From NCBI RefSeq assembly GCF_009914755.1, contig NC_060925.1: 64,000 nucleotides of DNA, one strand, 5' to 3'. The position numbers and the translations under genes are program-made. Origin of the DNA: the human T2T-CHM13v2.0 reference genome, Homo sapiens. This document shows, one piece after another, positions 39,306 to 52,221 of the stretch. A model generated the notes under the pieces. It made no database searches. It was not told the origin of the DNA and was given only the letters and a program-made list of their open reading frames with translations. Each line of letters begins with the position of its first letter. Position 1 is the stretch's first letter.

Positions 39306-41505
39306 ACACTGAAGGATTTTTAAACAGAGTCCTTGGGTTGGCTCTGGCCATTGTATTTTGTATTTGGAAATTATTTGTCTCAATGATGATTTTGCTACAA
39401 TGATTGCACACGGGTAATTTCAAACAGAACTTTAAAAGTTAAAATATGCTAAAGATATAAGTGTGCTTGTTTATGACAGAGCTTGGAGTTGTATGTATCA
39501 AAAGGGTCAAGCCAATGACAACATAACTAAACATTTTATACAAATAAGTTATTAGTTGTACAGGTTGTTAAATTTTCCATTTGATGAAGGGAATCAAGTT
39601 TGAGCATTATCTCTTGGGTCATTTAGACGATACATTGTGGATTTATGGCTCCTTTTGGTAGAGTCAACTCTTGACATTCGGTTGACAGTATTGCCCTTAA
39701 GGAGGATGCTAGGTGGTCCTTCCCTCAGAGTCACTATATAGCAGCTGTCTGTGAGTCCTGCCTTGGAAAGACAATATTATTCTTTCAGCAGCTATTATTT
39801 ATTGAGCACCTACAATGTGGCAGATGAACTAATCATCTTACCTTATGTGAGTAAACTTTATAGCATCTCTTTGAGGTAGATGTGTCCCCATTTTATAAAT
39901 GGAGACACTGGCTCAGAGAAGGTAAGAGTAAGTTAGAGTGCACTTACATACACCTGGGTGTGCACTGAGAGTGTATTTATATACACCTAGAAGTTAAGAA
40001 TAACTTATCTGAGCCACGGTTTCTCCATTGTAAGTGCTAGTGGGGCCAGGGAATAAAATTCAGATCTGTCTGACCCAAAATACCTTGCTTTTAACCATCT
40101 GGTCTTCTACCTCTGTAGAGGAGAGAATCATTTAGGAAGGAGCCTATGGAAATAATTTTGATCTGAATTAAACTGATTATCTTTTAAAAGTTAAGGAGTT
40201 CTTAGAACTTTTCTTTGATGTTAAGAACTTTTAAACTAGATTATACTTAAGAAGACAATTTATTTCACTTGCTTAGTTCAGGTCAGACCTGGTGGAATTA
40301 GTCTCACTGATAAGCAGATACTTGAACAGAATCTTGATGAATAAGCATGAGCATTAACTTCAGACTAACTGGCCGGATGGCTGTGCCTCCTGGTCTACCC
40401 ACCTACTGCTCTCCCTGCCACAAGTTCCTCTTCTTCATTTGTCACTCTTTTATCTGTTCTTGGCACAGCAACCAGAAGGAATTTTAAAAGATGCACGTAA
40501 GATGATCTCATTCCCTTTCTTATCTGGTCAGTGGCTTCCTTTTTCATTTGGAATATATTACGATCTTTGAATCATGACTCCACAGGCCTACAGGATCCCT
40601 TTCCAGTCTCCTCCAAGGCACTCAGCCTCTTATTATTTTCTAGCTACTCTAGGGTCTTTTCAGGCCCTGAATCTGAAACATGACATTTGTGGAAAATGAT
40701 GGGAAGTACTTTATGGCTAAAGCTTAGTCTGGACTTTGGGGGCTGGTGGGACATTAGGTAGACTAAGGGTTTGGACTTGACCTTGTAGGTAATGGAACAC
40801 TTTTGAGACATTTTTAGCACAAAACTAAACGTAATGGAGCCACTGAGCTGAGGAGTAGAATATTCTTCTATTGTCTTTTTAGAGTGCTCAGAGTCCCTGC
40901 ATTGCCACTGGTCATTGCCCTTTGTACTTGGAAATGACTTGTTCCAATTATGACAGCCTTGCAATTGCGCAGGCCGAATGTTTATCAGAAAACTGTAAGT
41001 TAAAACATGGCAATGACATCTCTCTCCTTGTGTGTCATATTTAAGGCACATGTTCTCTGAAATCAAGAAGCTGGGCTAGGATCTTGCACTGGCCCCAGAC
41101 CATATTCTGTTGTGACCATGCTTCAGTGAGAATGTGTCACGTGTAAAATGAAGATAAGCAAGAATATCAGTCTGTTTGAAAGTGCTAATAAAAGTAAAAT
41201 ATTCTTGGCAAATAAAGCTATTAATGTAGGTGTTGAAATTTTCATTTAGTCAGAGCAGTCCTAAATTTAAATGTAACCTTTTGAGCCCTTAGATCATTGA
41301 GTTAAGACTCTTTCTCATGCGGATGAACAGTAAATGCTTGTTATCTGAAGATGTAAATTGGGAGGAGTAAGGGACTTCTGCCCCATTGTGCATTAATGCC
41401 TACTGTTTGTTTCCCTGACTTAGAATGTGGCTCCATATTTTTGCCCTCAAGGCAGCTATTGATGGAGTCATCCTATGCTCCAAACCTTGAGCTAAGCACC
41501 ACATA

Positions 41506-41857
41506 TAGTCATGTGCCACATGACGACGTTTCAGTCCAGTCAATGGCAGACTGCCTATATGACAGTGGTCCCATAAGATGATAATATCACATTTTTACTG
41601 TATCTTTTCTGTGTTTAGATATGTTTAGATACACAGATACTTACCATTGTGTTACAGTTATTATACCTATAGTATATAGCACAGTAATGTGCTGTATGGG
41701 TTTGTAGCCTAAGAGCAATTGGCTATACCATGTAGCCTAGGTATGTAGTAGGCTACACCATCTAGGTGTATGTAAGTGCACTCTATGATGCTCACACAAC
41801 TACACTTACGGATGTGGTTCTCAGAACATATCCCTATCATTGAGCCATTCATGACTG
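41506..41857 (+). mobile_element. Tigger3 (Golem)-derived MITE
   Basis: TIR agtcatg...catgactg flanked by TA on both sides; gtggtcccataagatgataata core. Confidence 0.85.
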
Positions 41858-42544
41858 TATGTATATGTCAGTTAAAGCTTATAACAACACTGTGAATCTG
41901 TTTTTTCATCCTGCTGTGAGTTTGGATTGTTTATGAGGAAATGCGGGCTTAGAGAATTTAATTGCTTAAAGTCAGAGAGTTAGGAGATCCTTCAGTTTTG
42001 ACTGATGTCAACCTCCGTGCTCTTAACCCCAGCTCTGTCCAAGTCATAAGACCATCCTATAGACAGGCCAGAATGGTACAAGTGGAAACACAGGAAGAGA
42101 TCTTCTTTCCTATAGACCTTAAATAAAAATGTCTCTTGGATCATCTTGTCTGAAAGCCCATCTTTTTGGGTTTATTTCTCTGATTAGAGAGATACTTTGT
42201 TTTGCCTAATACGTATTTTTAGAAAGTAGTACAGGCATCAGTCTTTTGTAAACTCTTTGAGATTTAAATAAGGAAGTTTGCTGTTTGAAGGACTTTGTGG
42301 CTAATCCCTTGGTAAAGAAGTATCTTATAATTGACTATGAATGCCTTAGTAGCTATTCTGTTTCATAACTTGACTTTCAAAAAATAATAATGGCAAAAGA
42401 TGACATTTTTTGATAAGCACCAGGTGCTTTTAGAAGCAATTTTATGGGAGTTTCTAATCTAATCATCACAGCAACCCTTCAAAATGGGTGCTATTATTGT
42501 GTCCATTTGACAGAGAAGTAAACTGAGGTGACAGTGGCTAGATG

Positions 42545-42719
42545 CAGGGATGGCTTCGTGGCATGTGACCTGCATGATCACACAGGACCCCATGCTTAGA
42601 AGGGCCCCATGCTTGGTGTAATATTCTGCAATTATTGTCGTAGAAGACTTCATAATTTTGAACAAGGGCCCTGCATTTTTATTTTGCATGGGGCCTCATA
42701 AATTATGTGGTTGGTCCTG
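42545..42719. mobile_element. MER91A-like hAT-Tip100 MITE nested in a MIR
   Basis: cagggatggcttcgtggcatgtgacctg...gaagggcccc...gggccctgcattttt...aaattatgtggttggtcctg. Confidence 0.7.
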
Positions 42720-42778
42720 CCTAGCCAAATTGTCCAAGGCCATTCCATGGTGAGCAGCAGAGTTGAGGTTCAAACCCA

Positions 42779-42839
42779 GACTGCCTGGCGTCCAGCGTGA
42801 CTGCCTGGCCTCCAGAGTGATTGCCTGGCCTCCAGGGTG
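42779..42839. repeat. 20-bp tandem repeat, 3 copies
   Basis: gactgcctggcgtccagcgt / gactgcctggcctccagagt / gattgcctggcctccagggt. Confidence 0.9.
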
Positions 42840-43486
42840 TGCTCTTCCATTGTGTCCTCCTGCTTCCCATATTCCCATGTTCTTAAGCACTGTCCTCCAT
42901 CTTGTTTTTCTCTGGACGTGTCTTTAGAGGCAGAGGCAGGTGGTTTGACTCATGTCTGTTGAATTCTAAAGATTCAGAATTTATTTGTTGAACTGAATGT
43001 TTGTTACATACAATTTCCTAATTAAGTTTGTGGGAGTGCAGTAGTAAAGATTTGAAGATATGGGAAGAATTGCATATCCTGGCTATAGTGAAAAATCATA
43101 GTCTAAAAATAAATGGGAATAAAGTGGAAACACTGTAACATGTTTGCTTTGTACAGCTTTAATGGAAAAAGGAAAGGAAAGAATACATATGAAAAGAAGG
43201 CAGTCCCTTGGCACTGCCTGTCTCAATGCTGTGTGCTGTGGACTGGGGACACTTAATTACCACGTACAATTTTATGGACTGTTCATGAGAAGCTTCTTTT
43301 TAACTTTTCATGGATTGCAGTAAAGGAAAATATAGAAAGATAGAAGAGGATTTTCATCACGTTGGCAAGAACTGTTCCTCCATGATCTATGGCTAGAGCC
43401 TGAAACTGCCCAAGTTCCATCTCTCAGCATTTTCTGAGAACTTTCTGTGAAGAGAAGTTCAGAGGCCAGTAAAACAAGTGTGGTCA

Positions 43487-44024
43487 CGAAAGGAATCAGA
43501 ACATGACTCCCCCAAATCTGCCTCTTTGACATAAAATTATTTTTGAGCTGAAGGAAATTAAGAAGCAGTAAACAGGGGAAAAGCTCTCTCTATCCTCCCC
43601 ATTTTCTGCCTGAAGACAGGATATAAATCCTCCTCTACTGGAGACAACTCTAGACTCATCAGCTGAGAGACAACGCCAGAGGAATCTGCAAACTAACCTC
43701 ACTTCATCAGTTTTCTCCTGTATATTTACCTTCCCACAGTTTCCCATCCTTGGAAGCCCAAAACCTCACTTCTTTGTCCTGTCTTTTCTTGACAACTTTA
43801 TTGTTCTTTGTTGAACATGCCACATAAGCCAGATGCCACATAAGCCAGAGTTCTAAGCTGCTGCTGTGGGTTACCTTTCATTGAGGTTTCTCCTGTGTGA
43901 TGTACACTGCATGCATTCATAAGTTGTTTGTTTTACTTCTGTTAATCTGTCTTTTATTACGGGAGTTCATCCCAACTAAGAACTTATGAGGCTTGGGGGA
44001 AAAGTTATTTTTCCTCCCTGACAG
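43487..44024 (+). mobile_element. MER34-family solo LTR, sense to the gene
   Basis: aatcagaacatgactcccccaaatctgcctctttgacataaaattatttttgagctgaagg; 4-bp TSD gtca at 43483-43486 and 44025-44028. Confidence 0.82.
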
Positions 44025-45198
44025 TCACTGCAGGGCAACTGACGTTCTGACAGAGGGAGGCATCTGCCACAGGAACACGAGGAAAGCAGCTGATAGAGTC
44101 AGGAGGAGTCTAGAGGGGTCAGGGGAATTGTCCATGTAGAGAAGAGGGACAGAGTGTTCATCTATGGAGGGAACAGTAAGGACAAAATCACGGAGGCGAG
44201 GGAGATCACGGTCAAGATGAACTGCAGTATTTGGCCCTGGGGGAAGTGTTAGAAAGGTAGGTGGGGACCAAATGCTATTGTGCTAAGTTAAGGAGTGTGG
44301 ATTTATATATCCCAAGGCATTAGGGATGGTGATCATAATAGCTAGCATTTATTGAGAGCTTCCCAAGTGCTAGGCATGATTTAGTCCCATAATATCCTTA
44401 TTCTCCAACACTCCTTTGGGGTTAGTTACTAATCTCATTTTACAAAGAAGAAAACTGAGGGACAGAGACTTTTAATAACTTACCTAAGGTCACACAACTA
44501 GTATGTTTCAGAGCCGGGATTGTGAACTGGGAAGTCTGGCTCCAGAACCTGTGTTCTTGATGGCAATTTTATACTGATTCCAGTGATGGAAGAATTTTAA
44601 GTAGAGGAAACGTGTATATGATTTACATTTCCAAAGATTGTTCTAATGGAAGTGTGGCCTGCTAGGTGCAAGGAGATGAGCATCTCTGGTTTTGCCACCA
44701 CAGAAACTATGAAGACATGTTCTTTAAAAATGACTTCTCCTCTCTTCCCTTGGTATATGGGTGCAATCAATTCTTGCTTTAAATACCTTCTCCCTGCTCT
44801 TTCTATCTCTGAACAGATTCCTCACCCCCACCCCCCACCGTTCCTTACTCACTGAGCTTTATGCTACTTGACCATCACTCAACATCACTCACCAACCTAG
44901 CCTTCTTTCTTCTTCCTCTTGGTACTGCTCTCTAGATTATAAACATCCATGTGATTTCTGGTCACCTGTATGTATACCTATTAGGTGATACGATATGTAC
45001 ACTCAGTGGTCATTATTAATACATGAAATGGCTGAGGACTCTAGAGGCATGAATGGAGTTAGAGTCCTTTCTGTGATATATATACCCCTGGGATCTGGGG
45101 GGCAGGCAGCAAACCTCTTTGGACCTTAGAGACAAACTGGGCATAGTAATCATATCTGCTGTACTGGTTGTTGTCAGAAACAAAATGAAATAAGATGA

Positions 45199-45233
45199 TA
45201 TACTTTGTATAAATAATGTTTATACAAAGTATA
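45199..45233. repeat. Perfect inverted repeat, 15-bp arms, 5-nt spacer
   Basis: tatactttgtataaa-taatg-tttatacaaagtata. Confidence 0.95.
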
Positions 45234-46846
45234 ACATTATACTTTGTTATATGGCTACATTGTCTCTAGTGTAAGCAATTTTATTTACAATTTGTACTCT
45301 ACTTGTTTTGATATCATTTATGGCAACTTTATGTATTATAGCATTTCAAACCTGGAGGGATCTAGGCAGACTGTGGTTGATTAGTTGATGTTTAGAAAGA
45401 CTGGTTAATTCACTGCCAGAATGCAGATGGGGTGGTTGGGGAGGATAACTGTTTTCTCCAGGCAGTGGGTCAGACTGTTCCCAAAGTGTGATCTTACCCA
45501 TATCACTTAACCTCTCTGGGCATCTGTTACCTCCTGGAAAATGAAGGCAAAGCTGCCTACTTGTAGGGCTGATCATGAAGAAGATTGAGATGTTTTCTGT
45601 AAAGTGCTTGGCACTTAGCAAGTGTTCTATAAATACTATTATTATTTTCATTCCTGAAAAGGAAGGAGTTAGTATTCTAGTGTTGAGTGTCAAAAGACTG
45701 GGGGAAGGAGTGTGGGAGGGGTTTATACACTTTCCTTCCCATCCTCTCAGTTGTCCTCCCTCATCTCCACTCCCTCCATCTCCAATCTTTTCTCCCCTCA
45801 GGGCTGAATGAAATTGAATGTCTTGTAAACGTGTGCAGCCTTTGCCACCGGGCCCTCGGACATGCCCTTTTAACATTCTGACATAATGGATGAAAACATG
45901 AACAGCTGACAGTCATTGGTTAAATCTCCAAACTTTTCATTCCCTCACCTGTGGGGATGGTGCCCTCTGCCTGGTGAACCCAGCCCAGGCAGAGATTGCA
46001 GGAGCTGGCTCTGCTGGTGGTGGGCCTGGTTACCTAGGCAACGTTTACCTGTGCTGATGACAAAGGGCCTGTCACTGCCTCCTGATGCATGCAGAAGAAT
46101 ATTAAGTTTGCGGGGAGATGGAAAGAAACAATTTTCTCTTGAAATGAGGTAGATGCAGGTGTTAATTTCTTTGGAGTGAATTTTCTGTTTTCAGAGAGGC
46201 AAGGGTAGAGCTTAAACACAAACTTCTGGCTGAAAATATTTAGTTTGCGAACCTGGCAAGCCTCTTAAGAAAAAAAACAATCCTGGTGCCGGGACTGTTA
46301 GGCTTCCTGTCTTTTCAGCAGCTTATTGCATTTGTTTTACTGCTTTGAAGGATTGGAAGTCTCTGAAGGCCATTTCTTTAATGACTTGGAATATTAATGT
46401 AAAAACTTGCTTGTTGGACAATACAGTGAATACTATAGCTTTGCCTCTAATTGGCTTTTCAGTCCTTCACGCTGTAAAGCCCCCTTCTTTTAAGACATTT
46501 TCTTTATTTTGAAATATATTTTATATTTATAAATTTTATTTATAAAATATCTTTATTTTATAAATAAATTAATAATGAAGGAAAGTGCACCAAACAATTA
46601 AATAGCCCAATGATTTATCATGAAGTGAATATATTGATGATTGCTGCCGTTAACAAGGTGAGGACAGAACATCGTAGGTGTCCCAGAAACAGTCCTTCTC
46701 CCCACTTTCAACCCTTCCCGTCTTTCACTCTCCCAAAGGAGATTGCTGTCTTGGCTTTCCAAAGCAAATAAACGAAGTTCTTACTAGAGGTTTTGTTCCC
46801 TAAGTGTTCATTTCTAAACACTCTAGTTTAGTTTTGTTTCTTTTGA

Positions 46847-47197
<351 letters not shown>

Positions 47198-47573
47198 TGA
47201 TATGGTTTGGCTGTGTCCTCACTCAAATCTTATCTTGAATTGAAGTTCCTATAATCCCCATGTGTCATAGGAGGGACCTGGTGGGAGGTGATTAAATCAT
47301 GGGGGTGGTTACCTCCATGCTGTTCTCGTGATAGTGAGTGAGTTCTCATGAGATCTTATGATTTTATAAGGGGCTTTCCCCCTACTTTGCTCTGCACTTC
47401 TCTTCGCTGCTGCCATGTGAAGAAGGACATGCTTGCTCCCCCTTCTGCCATGATTGTAAATTTCCTGAGGCTTCCCCAGCCATACTGAACTGTAAGACAA
47501 TTAAGCCTCTTTCCTTAATAAATTACCCAGTCTTGGGTATGTCTTTATTAGTGCATGAGAACAGACTAATACA
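47198..47573 (+). mobile_element. THE1 (C/D-like) MaLR solo LTR, sense to the gene
   Basis: tgatatggtttggctgtgtcc...gaacagactaataca; perfect 5-bp TSD gcttc at 47193-47197 and 47574-47578. Confidence 0.93.
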
Positions 47574-50500
47574 GCTTCTTTTTTTCAGTGTTATGTTTAT
47601 GAAGTTCATCCATGTTGTGGTGTATAGCTGTAGTTCATTCATCTTACTTGCTATATTTCATTATAGGAATATTCCACTATTTATCTATCCATTTGGCCAT
47701 TGATGCATATTTGAGATATTTCCAGTTTTTAGCTATAAATACTGATGTTGTGAACATTCCTGTACCTGTCTCTTGGGGCACATGTGCATGCATTTCTGTT
47801 GGTTGTGTTCCTACAAGTGGTATTGTTGGGGCATAAGATATATGTTATCTTTGGCCTTAGTAGTATAAAAAGGTTTTGTTATTTTTTTTTTTAACAAAAA
47901 GCAAAATAATTGCTCTCATACAAATACACAATGAACGTGTGTGAAAGATGTTATTTAACTCATTAATTAATGAGGGAACCAGTACATGTTAGCAGCTGGT
48001 TCAAAGGAGAATGGAAAGGTCCATGTATATGTAGGCAATAAGAGATGAGGAAATGAATTTATTAATAAAAGTGAAATGGGTCTATCCACAAGGCAATAAT
48101 TTGTTGCATTTCCACCATACATATTCACTTGCGTTTCTATGGACGGGAAGAATTTGTATCATTATCAGTTTTCTGCAACTTAAATAGTTGTAGAATAGCA
48201 GAAAGACATAGAAAGGCATAGTAACACAGTAGGGTGCATTAGACTGCACGATCACAATGCTTTTTTTTCTTCCCTATTCTAAATCTTTCACAATTTTTCC
48301 TGATGGTAGATATTACCAACCTGTTTTCCAAAATTAGTGTATCAAATTACTCTTCCACCAGAAGTATCACAGAAGTTCCTTTTGCTTCTGGACAACAATT
48401 GGTTTAAACTTTTGCCATTCTGTTAGGTATGCAGTGGTATCTCTTTGTGGTTTTAATTTGCATTTCCTTGATTAAGAATGAGGTTGAACACCTTTTAGAT
48501 ATTTATTGGCTATTTGAATATCTTCTTGTGTGAACTGCCTGTATTAGTCTTTTCCCCATTTAAAAAATGGGTTCTCTTTTACCTTTTAGGGGGGTAGGAG
48601 TGTTTTATATATATTTTATGCATTAATATATATTTTCCAATCATATGTGTTGCAAATATCTTCTTCCACATTTTAGCTTGTCTTTTCATTCCTTTACTGG
48701 TGTCTTTTATGAACAAAACAATTATACTACAGCCCATTTTCTTAATTTTTTATTTTACAATTAATAATTGTTAAAATCCCTCCTTAAGAAGTCTTTCACT
48801 AGTTTGATTTCTTGAAAATATTTTAGCATATTAATGTCTAGAAACTACATTATTTTGCCTTTCAAATTTAGATTTAAAATCTATTTCGATTTTATTTTTC
48901 TGTATGATGTAAAATAGGGCATCATTTTTTACCCCAATATGGTATCCAATTTTCCTGGCATCTTTCATTGAAAAGACTGTGCTTTCGCTACTGCTTGGCA
49001 GAGACACCGAAATGTTCATATGTTTGAGTCTTTTTCTGGATATGTTGCTAAATTCTAGTGATCCATTGATCTATTTGTTCATTTTAATACCAATGTCACA
49101 CTGTAGTTTTTTATGATAAGTTTTATGATAAGTCTTTATTTCTGATAGAGCCAAACCTCCCACCTTGCTGTTTCTCTTTAAGGTGATCCTGGCCCTTTAT
49201 ACTTCCTTTGAGTTTTAGAATTAGCTCATAAAATTCCACAAAAATTGTGGATCTTATTTACTGAGTTTTTATTTAAGACTGCATTGAATCCTTAAAAATT
49301 CCACTTCTAGGTATTTATCCAAGTGAAATGAAAACCTATGTCCACAAAAGAGTGGTACATGCATATATTCATAGCCCCTTTATTCGTAATTGCTCCAAAC
49401 TGGAAACAACCAGTATGTTTATAAAATGTAAAACTACTAAGCAATGAGAAGGAATGCACTGTCGATACATGCAACAATGTAGATGAATCTCCAAAACATT
49501 ACATTAAGCAAAAGAAGCCAGACATGAAAGAGTACGTAATACGTGATTCTATCTATATGACGTTTATAAAAGCCCCAACTCTACAGTGATATAAATCAAT
49601 CAGTGGTTGACTGAAGTCAGGGATGAAGTGGGCAGATTAGTGGGAAGAGCTTTACAGGGGCATGTGGGTATGAACTGGGGTGATGATTACAGAGATCACT
49701 AAACCACATCCTAAAAATGTATATATTTTATTGTAAATAAATAATACTTTATTAAGTTTTCTTTTAAAGACTCCATTAACTCCATAGATTCGTTTAGGAA
49801 GGACTAACATTTTTACAAATTGAGTCTTCCAACCTAGGAATATGTTATATAGCTCCAAGTACTATTGCATTTCAATTCTCACATTAATATTCTTTTGCTT
49901 TTATGTAGAAATTTTTCATATTTTTCAAAGAAATATCCACTTATTTTGAGGTATTGTTAAGTATTTATGATACAATGGAAATTAAAAAATTAAATTTAAT
50001 TTTGTTTATAGCTGGTTTATAAACATGTAGTTAGTTTTTATTTACTGAAAATTATATCCAGCAATCTTGCTATATTGACTTATTAATTTTATCTGTAGAT
50101 TCTTTGGATTTCTACATCCACAATCATATCATTTGCTAAAAATGGCACTTTTGCTTCTTCTTTTCTAGTTGTGTTATCTTTTATATCTTTTTTTACCTGA
50201 TTGTACTGACTCCAAAAATTAATACGATGTTGATATCAAAGAGAAAGTTGTCAATATTTTATCACTGTGTTAGGTTTGCAGTAGTGTTTTTATAGATATA
50301 TTTTAAAGGAATTTCCCTTCTATTCCTCCTTTGCTAAGAAGTTTTATTCATTAATGGATGTTGAATTTTATCAAAGCTAATCTTGCATCTATTAAAATTA
50401 TTATATGTATTTTCTGCTTAATTCTGCTAATGTAATGAATATTTGTAAAATGTTGAACAACCACGCATTTCTGGAAGCAACCCAATTGGGTCAAGATGGA

Positions 50501-52181
50501 TTAACATTTTTATATGATGTTATATTTAGTTTGCTAATAATTTGTTTAAGCTTTTTGCCTCTATGTTCATTAATGAATTAGACCTGAAATTTTCCTTTCT
50601 CATAAAGTCCATGTCAGGTTTTGGTTATCGAGGTTATGCTTAAAGTGAGTTAGGAAATGTATTCTCTTATTGTTTGGAGGTATTTGAGTATGATCAGTAT
50701 TGTTTTTTCTTTAAAGTTCTGGTAGAATTATCTGGGGAAGTCATCAGAATCTGTTTTTTTTTTTTTCCTTTGTGGGAAGTTTTAAAATTATGCATTAAAA
50801 TTTTTTAATGGACATTTTTTTAATGCCAGTTTTAGATTCACAACAAAATTGAGCAGAAGGTACAGAGATAACCCATATAACCCTTGCCCCATCCGTGCAC
50901 AGCCTTCCCTGTGACCAAGATCCCCCATCAGGGTGCTATATTTGTTACAATTGATGATCCTAAATTGACACATCATTATCACCCAAAGTCCATAGTTTAT
51001 ACTAGGATTCACTCTTGGTGTTGTACATCCTATGAGTTTTGGACAAATATATCCACCATTGTGTCACGCAGAATAGTGGTACTGCCCTAAAAACACTCTG
51101 TGCCTGCCTATCCATCCCTCCCTTCTACCGTAACCCCTGGAAACCACTGACCTTTCTTTCTGTCTCTATAGTTTTGCCTTTTCCGGAAGGTCATATAGTT
51201 GGAATCATAGAGTATGTAGCCTTTTCACATTGGCTTCTTTCACTTACTAATATGCATTTAAGTTTCCTCCATGTCTTTTCACAGCTTGATAGCTCATTTG
51301 TTTTTAGCACTGAACAATATTTCATTTTCTAGGTGTACCAGAATTTGCTTATCCATTCTCCTACTGAAGGCCAGCTTGGTTGCTCCAAGTTTTGGCACTT
51401 ATAAGTACAGTTTCTGTATTCGTAAACACAGAATAAACACCTATATGAAGATTTGTGTGGTAAGAGTGTTTTCAACACTTCCTCATGTTGATCTTTTATA
51501 TTGTATGCTTGTTTTCACTTCAGTCACGTCTGCTCTTTATCCATTTCCTTTCTTCTACTTTCTTTTGTTTAAATTGACTGATTTTAAAAAATGATTTCTT
51601 GAAGTGGTTAGTAGATTCTCAAATTTTGTCGTAATGTATTTACACAATAGGGTTCCCCTTAAGTACTGTTTTTGCTGTTTTAGATGAAATCATTTTATTA
51701 TCATTCAGTTAAGAGCAGTTTCTAATTTCTACCAGGGATTTTCTAGCCATCTTTTCATTATTGATTTTTGGCTTCATTGCATTGTGAGGAAAGAACACGC
51801 TTTGAATGATTTCAGTGCTTGAAATGTGTTGAGATGTGTTTGATTTCATAACATCTGGCATATTTTTATACGTGCTTGCTATGTGCTTGAAAATAAAGTA
51901 TATCCTCTATTTGTTGAGTGCAATGTTCTATATGTTTATTTGGCCAATTTTGCTGTTTATGTTCTTCAGATTTTCTGCATTCTCACTGATTTCTTTTGTC
52001 TTTTTTTGTTTTATATGTTTCTGAGAGAGATATGTTAAAATTCCATAATATGACTGTAGACTTGTCTTTTTCTCAATTACAAAGGATCTTCCATATACCT
52101 AGTAAGACTTTCTGCCTTACAGTCTATCTTATCTGATATTAATAAAACCACACCAGCTTTCTTTCAGTTAGTATTTGCCTG

Positions 52182-52188
<7 letters not shown>

Positions 52189-52220
<32 letters not shown>
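52189..52220. repeat. (TG)16 microsatellite
   Basis: Perfect run. Confidence 0.95.

Positions 52221-52221
<1 letters not shown>

Noticed and set aside
45346-45876. 176-aa minus-strand ORF
   Set aside because: It spans a MIR (IIIVFIEHLLSAKHF is typical MIR translation) and has no family similarity.
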